Shown here piece by piece: positions 5,602 to 10,881 of a DNA stretch of 10,881 nt. Origin of the DNA: Candidatus Eiseniibacteriota bacterium (GTDB lineage Bacteria > ARS69); the NCBI GenBank assembly GCA_052390515.1, contig JBQTGV010000087.1, positions 1 to 10,881 of the forward strand, read 5' to 3'. Position numbers and translations under genes: made by a program. A model generated the notes under the pieces. It was given only the letters and a program-made list of their open reading frames with translations. It was not told where the DNA came from and searched no databases. The stretch's first letter is position 1; each line of letters starts with the position of its first letter.

Positions 5602-7776
5602 TCACGTCGCGTCGGGGCGGCGGCGAAGCTCCTCGAGCCGCGCCTGGATGGACTCGTGAGACTGCAGCAGGGAGTCCAGAGCCTCGTCGGCGCGCCGCGG
5701 CGTCCGCTTCGGACGCGCGTCGTCCAGGAAGGGCCACAGGCTCTCGCGGATGTCCTCGGAGAGCACGCTCTCCAGGTACTCGAGCGCCGTGCCGCGCAGG
5801 TGCGCGTCGTCGGTGTGCAGGCCGCGGTATGCGATCTTCAGCGGCCCGGCGGGCAACACCAGCGACAGCAGCGCGAACACGTGCGCGAGGCCGCGGTGCG
5901 ACCGCTCGCGGATGACATCGTCGACGAACGGGGACTCCAGCCGTTCGCCCTCGGCGTCGAGCAGGCGGTGGCTCTCCCACACCCTCCGCTCCACGCGGGC
6001 CTCGCGCTTCACCGCCTGCAGCACGGTGGCGGCGTCCACGGCCAGGTCGGGCCGACGCTCGCGCAGCCGCGCCAGCGCCGCACCGCACTGGTAGCGAACC
6101 TCGAAGCGCTGATCGAAGAGACCGCCCAGGAGCCCGCGCATGGTCCGCTCGGAGGGAGCGGTGACGAGCACGCGCGGGATCCGCCGCCGTACGGCGAACT
6201 CCGTCTCCGGATCCAGCAGTGCCGCGACCAGCGAGTCGACGGCCGCGTCTCCCGCGGAGCGGAGCTTCGCCGCCGCTTCCGGCGCGACCTCGTCCCAGGC
6301 GAGGAGCTCGATGACCCGCGGTAGGGACTGCGGCGCGAGCGTCTCCTGGGAACGAAGCGCGGAGCGGACCCGCCCGGAGTCGTTGGAGTGCAGGTCGGAC
6401 ACCGACGCCCGCGGCGCGGCGAGTGCGGTCGACGCAGCCGGGGACGGCTGCGCCGGCTCGATGTCGATGCGCGGCAGGGTGGTGGTGAGATCCACGTCGG
6501 GCATCGCCTCGATGACCGCGGTGACGTCGGCCTGCTCGCCTCCGCGGCGCACCAGGTTGCGCTCCAGCGCGGCGACGTGGCCGCGCTCGAGACGGCGGGT
6601 GACGAGGAGCCCGGTCACACCGAGGGCCGCGGCGAACGCTCCCAGCCGTCCCGGATCCCCGCCCAGCAGCCCCAGCGCGAGCGCCACCTGGACGCACGCA
6701 GCACCGACGGCGTCGCCCAGCCGGTCGAAGCCGACGTCGATCAGCGTCTTGGACGCGCGCTTCTCCGACGGCGAGAGCGGGGCGAAGAAGAGCTCGTAGC
6801 TCGAGCGGAAGAGCGAGCTGCGCACGGCGGCCTCCGCGCCGCGCGCTCCGGCGGCGACCGGCAGCCCGGGGGCGAAAGCGGCCGCGGCTCCACCGGCCAG
6901 GATCACGAGTGGATGCGCGGAGGCGGTCTTGGCGAGGCCCACGGTGCCGAGCAGCCGCCGGGTCAGGGTGGACTGCAGCACGAACGTGAGCGCCGCGACG
7001 CCGGTGTAGTACAGCGCGAAGAAGCGGAGCAGGCTCTCGGAGTCGGCGAACGACGAGCGCGCGCGCACCTTGAACACGTAGTCGAGCAGGCCCGTGCCGA
7101 TCGCCGCGGCCAGCACGAGCCAGGCGAGATGGCGCAGGTACGGCATGCGGGAGAGGATGGCCGCGCCGCCGGCGTGCTCCTGCTCGCCGTCGCCCTCCCG
7201 GGATCGCTCGGGGCCCGCCAGGAATGCCGCGACGGCCGCGCAGGCCAGGTGCAGTCCGGCGAGGAGCAGGATCACCGCGGGAGCGCCGATCGTCGGCGCG
7301 ATCCGCCCGACGACGATGCCTCCGCACAGCCCGCCGAGCGTCGCGCCCCCGGCGATCCGGCCGATGCGCTTCCGCGCGGTCCGCGGATCGAAGCGCTCGC
7401 TCACCAGCGACCAGAACCAGGAGATGGAGACAGCGCCGAAGACGGTCACGTGCAGGTAGAGCAGGACCGCCGCGGTCGGGCGAGCGTCGTCGGCTAGAAA
7501 ACGGATCCCAACCAGGGCGAGCGCGCTCACGGCGAACCCCGCCGGGACGAGCCGGGAGGGGCCGAGCGCGGGCAGCAGGCGCGTCGAAGCGAGCACGGCG
7601 GCGATGGTGAAGAGGGCCGAGCCCATCACCATGCGGGGGAGCAGGGTGATGTCGAACGTCGAGAGGAAGAGGGCGTCCCGCGTGGCCTTCCCTGCCACCT
7701 GGTGCGCGACCATGGCGAAGGCGCACAGCGTCGCGGCGGTGACTGCCGGCTCGGTCGAGGACTGCCGAATGCTCAC
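5602..7776 (-). CDS. MFS / NTT (TLC, Npt1/Npt2-like nucleotide transporter) domain fused to C-terminal HEAT-like repeats, 724 aa
   Basis: The first ~395 aa contain about 12 hydrophobic helices with family-like motifs (KATRDALFLS, SWFWSLVSERFDPRTARKRIGRIAGGATLG, LLDYVFK, SLFRSSYELFFAPLSPSEKRASKTLID...RLGD). A Pro/Ala linker follows, then HEAT-like helices (LLDPETEFAVRRRIPRVL, LFDQRFEVRYQCGAALARL, DDAHLRGTALEYLE). GTG start. Confidence 0.8.
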   Translation of the reverse strand: MSIRQSSTEPAVTAATLCAFAMVAHQVAGKATRDALFLSTFDITLLPRMVMGSALFTIAAVLASTRLLPALGPSRLVPAGFAVSALALVGIRFLADDARPTAAVLLYLHVTVFGAVSISWFWSLVSERFDPRTARKRIGRIAGGATLGGLCGGIVVGRIAPTIGAPAVILLLAGLHLACAAVAAFLAGPERSREGDGEQEHAGGAAILSRMPYLRHLAWLVLAAAIGTGLLDYVFKVRARSSFADSESLLRFFALYYTGVAALTFVLQSTLTRRLLGTVGLAKTASAHPLVILAGGAAAAFAPGLPVAAGARGAEAAVRSSLFRSSYELFFAPLSPSEKRASKTLIDVGFDRLGDAVGAACVQVALALGLLGGDPGRLGAFAAALGVTGLLVTRRLERGHVAALERNLVRRGGEQADVTAVIEAMPDVDLTTTLPRIDIEPAQPSPAASTALAAPRASVSDLHSNDSGRVRSALRSQETLAPQSLPRVIELLAWDEVAPEAAAKLRSAGDAAVDSLVAALLDPETEFAVRRRIPRVLVTAPSERTMRGLLGGLFDQRFEVRYQCGAALARLRERRPDLAVDAATVLQAVKREARVERRVWESHRLLDAEGERLESPFVDDVIRERSHRGLAHVFALLSLVLPAGPLKIAYRGLHTDDAHLRGTALEYLESVLSEDIRESLWPFLDDARPKRTPRRADEALDSLLQSHESIQARLEELRRRPDAT

Positions 7777-7783
7777 GGCCGGC

Positions 7784-7789
7784 AGTCTA
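7784..7789 (-). promoter_or_regulatory. Candidate -10 box TAGACT, 7 nt upstream of the transporter GTG (leaderless arrangement)
   Basis: Minus strand reads TAGACT-gccggcc-GTG(7776). No Shine-Dalgarno sequence and no clear -35 at canonical spacing. Confidence 0.45.
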
Positions 7790-7872
7790 TCGTCGCCGAG
7801 CCGACCTCATCGATGGCAAAGTGGGCGCGAACGGCGTGACCGGCGGAGAGCGAAGCCGATGGCCCGAACCTG

Positions 7873-8406
7873 ATGCGTTCCTGGGATCCCGAAGGGCCGG
7901 AGGAGATCTCGGATTTCGGCCCCTTCCGCATTCGCCGCTATCTCGCGCGCTCGCCGCGCACCGGCGGGACGCGTCCGTTCTCCGTGGTGGAGACGTCGGA
8001 CTGGGTGAACGTCGTGGCGCTCACTCCCCCCGGCGAGGTCGTGCTCGTCCGCCAGTATCGCCACGGGACGCGCACCGTGACCCTGGAGATCCCCGGCGGC
8101 GTGGTCGACGCGGGCGAAGATCCGGCGGCGGCCGCCGCGCGGGAGCTGCGGGAGGAAACGGGCTACGCCGGAGGTGCGCCGCGTCTGCTCGGCACTGTGG
8201 AGCCGAACCCCGCCATCCTCAGCAATCGCTGCGACACCTACCTTGTTCGGGACTGCCGGCGCGTGGAAGCCCCGGAGCTCGACCCGGGCGAGGACATCGA
8301 GGTCGAGACCCTGCCTCTCGCGGAGATCCCGAACGCGATCGCCGACGGGCGGATCACTCACGCGCTGGTGATCTGCGCGTTCTGGTGGTTCGAGCGACGT
8401 TGCTAG
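7873..8406 (+). CDS. Nudix hydrolase, ADP-ribose pyrophosphatase-like, 177 aa
   Basis: Intact Nudix box GGVVDAGEDPAAAAARELREETGY, plus ADPRase-type motifs LVRQYRH, LEIPGG, PNPA and LDPGEDIEV. An in-frame TGA at 7837-7839 fixes ATG 7873 as the start. Confidence 0.92.
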   Translation: MRSWDPEGPEEISDFGPFRIRRYLARSPRTGGTRPFSVVETSDWVNVVALTPPGEVVLVRQYRHGTRTVTLEIPGGVVDAGEDPAAAAARELREETGYAGGAPRLLGTVEPNPAILSNRCDTYLVRDCRRVEAPELDPGEDIEVETLPLAEIPNAIADGRITHALVICAFWWFERRC

Positions 8407-8421
8407 CTTCGGTTGCCGGGG

Positions 8422-9585
8422 TCAGACTGTCGATCGCTCCCGCACGAGCCGCGCGATCTCGTCCAGCGCGTGGTCCACTTCGCCTTCGGTGTTGTAGAAG
8501 TGCGGGCCGACGCGGATGCCGGCACCGGGGCGATGATCGACCAGGACGCCTCGGCGGATCAGCTCCGCGGCGATGCGTCCCGAATCCGGCGGGTCGATGA
8601 CGGCGGTTCCTCCGCGCAGGGCCGGATCCCGCGGCGTGTTGAGCCGCCAGCCCTCCGCGTCCGCGCGCTCCAGGATCCGCGCGGTGAGGCGCAGGCTCTT
8701 GGCGCGGATCTCGTCGAGGCCGGCTGCCTTCAGGACGCGGACTCCGGCCAGCGCCGCCCGGATGGAGGAGACGCCGGGCGTTCCGCACAGGAAGCGCTCG
8801 ATCCCCTGCGCCGGGCGGAACTCGCCCGCGTCGAACGCGAAAGGCTCCTCGTGCGCCGGCCATCCGGTGAGCGACGGACGGAGCTGCTCGATGCGGTCGC
8901 GGCGGACGTAGAGGAACGCGTTCCCGGGGCCGCCGCACAGCCACTTGAGGCAGCCGCCGAAGGCCGCGTCCACGCCGAGCCGCTCCAGTTCGATCGGCAG
9001 GCAGCCGGCGGACTGGTAGAGGTCCAGCACGACGCAGGCGCCGACCTCCCGCGCGCGCCGGGCGACGCGCGCCGCATCCTGCACGAAGCCGCTGCGGACC
9101 CGCACGGGGGAGAGGGCGACGACGCGCGTGCGCTCGTCGATGGCGGCGAGAAGACGCTCGGTATCGATGGCGATCCCGTCGTCCGAGGGCACCTCCACCA
9201 CCCGCACCCCGCGTTCGCGCATTCCGCGGTACAGATAGAGGAGCGAAGGGAAGTCGAGCGCGGTGGTGACGAGGGTGTCCCGCGGCGGGGCGAAGCTCTG
9301 CGTGGACAGGAAGATGGCGCCGGCGAACGTGGCGGAGGGCTGGAACACGACGGTCCCCGGCGGTGCGCCGAGCAGCGGGGCGAGCTCGTCGCCGGCGGCG
9401 CAGGGCAGCCGCCACCAGGTACGGTCCCACGCGGTAACGCCGTCCTCGCGCCACTCGCGGGCGTACTCGGCGAGGTCGGCCTCCGCGCCACGAGGCATCG
9501 CCCCGAGCGAGTGGGTCACGAGCCAGCAGCAGTTCTCGAGGCTCGGGAACTCGGGTCGGAGGCGGAGCAGGGGATCCGAAGTCAT
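8422..9585 (-). CDS. kynU: Kynureninase-like aminotransferase class V PLP-dependent enzyme, about 387 aa
   Basis: Motifs LRPEFP, HSLGAMP, W...GVTAW, DFPS, LDLYQSAG, GGCLKWLCGGPG (PLP lysine), LTGW, GTP, RGG and DHR...IRVGPHFYNT. Start at ATG 9585 or ATG 9594. The family is clear; the kynU symbol is tentative because substrate is not established. Confidence 0.75.
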   Translation of the reverse strand: MTSDPLLRLRPEFPSLENCCWLVTHSLGAMPRGAEADLAEYAREWREDGVTAWDRTWWRLPCAAGDELAPLLGAPPGTVVFQPSATFAGAIFLSTQSFAPPRDTLVTTALDFPSLLYLYRGMRERGVRVVEVPSDDGIAIDTERLLAAIDERTRVVALSPVRVRSGFVQDAARVARRAREVGACVVLDLYQSAGCLPIELERLGVDAAFGGCLKWLCGGPGNAFLYVRRDRIEQLRPSLTGWPAHEEPFAFDAGEFRPAQGIERFLCGTPGVSSIRAALAGVRVLKAAGLDEIRAKSLRLTARILERADAEGWRLNTPRDPALRGGTAVIDPPDSGRIAAELIRRGVLVDHRPGAGIRVGPHFYNTEGEVDHALDEIARLVRERSTV

Positions 9586-9680
9586 ACGTGGCATGAAAGC
9601 ACCGGCGCGGCGAGCTTGGCAAACCGGCTGCCGCGGGGAGCGGCCTGCTGCCGGGGGACGGGCGGCCGCCGCCTCGTGGA

Positions 9681-9707
9681 ACCAGGAACTTCTTGATACT
9701 TCCAGGT
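9681..9707. promoter_or_regulatory. Imperfect palindrome ACCAGGAACT-N7-ACTTCCAGGT overlapping a -10-like GATACT; candidate operator/promoter of the HTH-TOBE/modA operon
   Basis: Arms 9681-9690 and 9698-9707 pair at 8 of 10 positions. GATACT is at 9695-9700, about 90 bp upstream of GTG 9789. Confidence 0.4.
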
Positions 9708-9788
9708 CACCCGTGCGACTCTGCCGACGTCGCTGGCGAAGGACCGGCCGCGGCGGGGTGTCCACGGATTCGAGCACGGAGGGCGGGC

Positions 9789-10217
9789 GTGGCCAGATCT
9801 CTCACCAGCACCGAGATCTGCGACCTCCTCGGCATCTCCTCGAAGACCCTGTACCACTGGGAGCGCTCCGGGAAGATCCCGAGCCCGGGGAGGAACCGGC
9901 GCGGGTGGCGGGTCTTCACGCCGAAGCAGGTCCAGGAGATCCGCCGCTACGCCGAGCCGGCGCGCAAGACCGCACCGCGCACCCTGTCCCGCGAGGAGTT
10001 GAAGGAGCTCTCCGGACTGACGGCGCGGAATCAGCTCCGCGGCGTCGTCGTCTCCATCGCCTCGGATGGCCTGCTGTCGGAGGTGGTGCTCCGGCTCGGC
10101 GACGGCCAGGAGATCGTCTCCGTCGTGACGCGGAGTTCGGTGAAACGCCTCGGGCTCAAGAGGGGCCAGGAGGCGGTCGCGGTCATCAAGGCCACGGAGG
10201 TCATGCTGTTCACATGA
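9789..10217 (+). CDS. Molybdate-responsive regulator: MerR/excisionase-type HTH fused to one TOBE (Mop) domain, 142 aa
   Basis: GGAGG at 9778-9782, 6 nt before GTG 9789. N-terminal HTH: LTSTEICDLLGISSKTLYHWERSGKIP..RNRRGWRVF. C-terminal Mop/TOBE signature: TARNQLRGVV...SEVVL...IVSVVTRSSVKRLGL..G....AVIKATEVML. The stop overlaps the modA start. Confidence 0.9.
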   Translation: MARSLTSTEICDLLGISSKTLYHWERSGKIPSPGRNRRGWRVFTPKQVQEIRRYAEPARKTAPRTLSREELKELSGLTARNQLRGVVVSIASDGLLSEVVLRLGDGQEIVSVVTRSSVKRLGLKRGQEAVAVIKATEVMLFT

Positions 10218-10881
10218 ATCTCATCGTTCGCTATGCGGCCGCCCTCGTGCTGTGCGCGTTCTCCTTCACCCCGGTTCAGGCCGAGCCCGTCCGCGTCTTC
10301 GCGGCCTCGTCCCTGACCGAGGCCTTCGGGGAGATCGGCGCGCTCTTCCGCAGTCGGAGTCCGGGAGACGACGTGGAGTTCCAGTTCGCCGGCAGCCAGC
10401 TCCTCCGCGTGCAGATCGAAGAGGGCGCCCCCGCGGACGTCTTCGCGTCGGCAGACCGCGTCCACATGGACGCGCTCGAAGGTCGGGGGCTGGTGGTCGA
10501 CGGCAGTGTCGTCTTCGCCAGGAACCGGCTCGTGGTCGTCACGCCGGTGGAGCATCCGAAGGTAGAGAGGCTCGCGGATCTGGCGCGGCCGGGAACGCGC
10601 CTCGTCGTGGCCGACGCGAACGTGCCTGTCGGTCGCTACACGGCGCAGGTACTTTCCAAGATGACCCGCGCCGGCCTCTACGGAGACGACTTCCAGCGGC
10701 GCGTCTCCGCCAACGTCGTGAGCCAGGAGACGAACGTCCGCGCCGTCCTCGCCAAGGTGGCCCTCGGCGAGGTCGACGGAGGCTTCGTCTACTCCACCGA
10801 CGCGCGCACCGTCGCCGGGAAGGTGATCACGCTGGATGTTCCCGATCGGGTCAACGTCGTCACGGAGTACCCCATCGCGGT
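10214..10881 (+). CDS. modA: Molybdate ABC transporter substrate-binding protein ModA, 3'-truncated by the window edge
   Basis: Not in the ORF track (no stop within the window). Hand translation: MNLIVRYAAALVLCAFSFTPVQA|EPVRVFAASSLTEAF...FQFAGSQLLRVQIEEGAPADVFASAD...FARNRLVVV...VPVGRYT...NVRAVLAKVALGEVDGGFVYSTDA...EYPIA. Signal peptide plus typical ModA motifs; ATGA overlap with the regulator. Confidence 0.93.
   Translation, partial: MNLIVRYAAALVLCAFSFTPVQAEPVRVFAASSLTEAFGEIGALFRSRSPGDDVEFQFAGSQLLRVQIEEGAPADVFASADRVHMDALEGRGLVVDGSVVFARNRLVVVTPVEHPKVERLADLARPGTRLVVADANVPVGRYTAQVLSKMTRAGLYGDDFQRRVSANVVSQETNVRAVLAKVALGEVDGGFVYSTDARTVAGKVITLDVPDRVNVVTEYPIA

Noticed and set aside
2137-9696. Many long overlapping alternative-frame ORFs (e.g. 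2672..4204 -, 4159..5529 -, 4419..5915 +, 5372..7726 -, 8413..9696 +)
   Set aside because: Arg/Pro/Ala/Gly-rich or antisense shadows without motifs, expected from stop-codon scarcity in high-GC DNA; each overlaps a well-supported gene.
9595-9788. Extended starts at 9777 (-) for the PLP enzyme and TTG 9693 (+) for the regulator
   Set aside because: They would make the divergent genes overlap and cover the promoter region; GTG 9789 has a clear GGAGG.
9789-9960. Excisionase-like HTH as a sign of a prophage or integrative element
   Set aside because: It is fused to TOBE and coupled to modA; no integrase, att site or tRNA is visible.

Overview
High-GC (roughly 70% by eye) bacterial chromosomal segment with nine protein-coding genes and no recognisable mobile element, CRISPR array or RNA gene. 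In order: (1) the 3' part of a large, probably secreted protein ending in a FlgD-Ig/T9SS-like C-terminal domain; (2) a membrane-anchored SGNH (AlgX/AlgJ-like) protein on the minus strand; (3-4) a translationally coupled pair, a GCS2/glutamate--cysteine-ligase-like enzyme fused to a CBS pair and an AstE/AspA (M14) Zn-deacylase; (5) an NTT/TLC-like MFS transporter fused to HEAT repeats (minus); (6) a Nudix hydrolase; (7) a kynureninase-like class V PLP enzyme (minus); (8) a MerR/excisionase-type HTH-TOBE regulator coupled to (9) modA, which runs off the right edge and is absent from the ORF track. The best candidate for an uncharacterised system is the CBS-regulated ligase plus deacylase pair. 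Secondary points: a codon-usage break in gene 1, probable leaderless promoters, a candidate operator upstream of the mod operon, and a 9-mer shared by two divergent intergenic regions. All family calls come from motif recognition by eye; no database searches were run.
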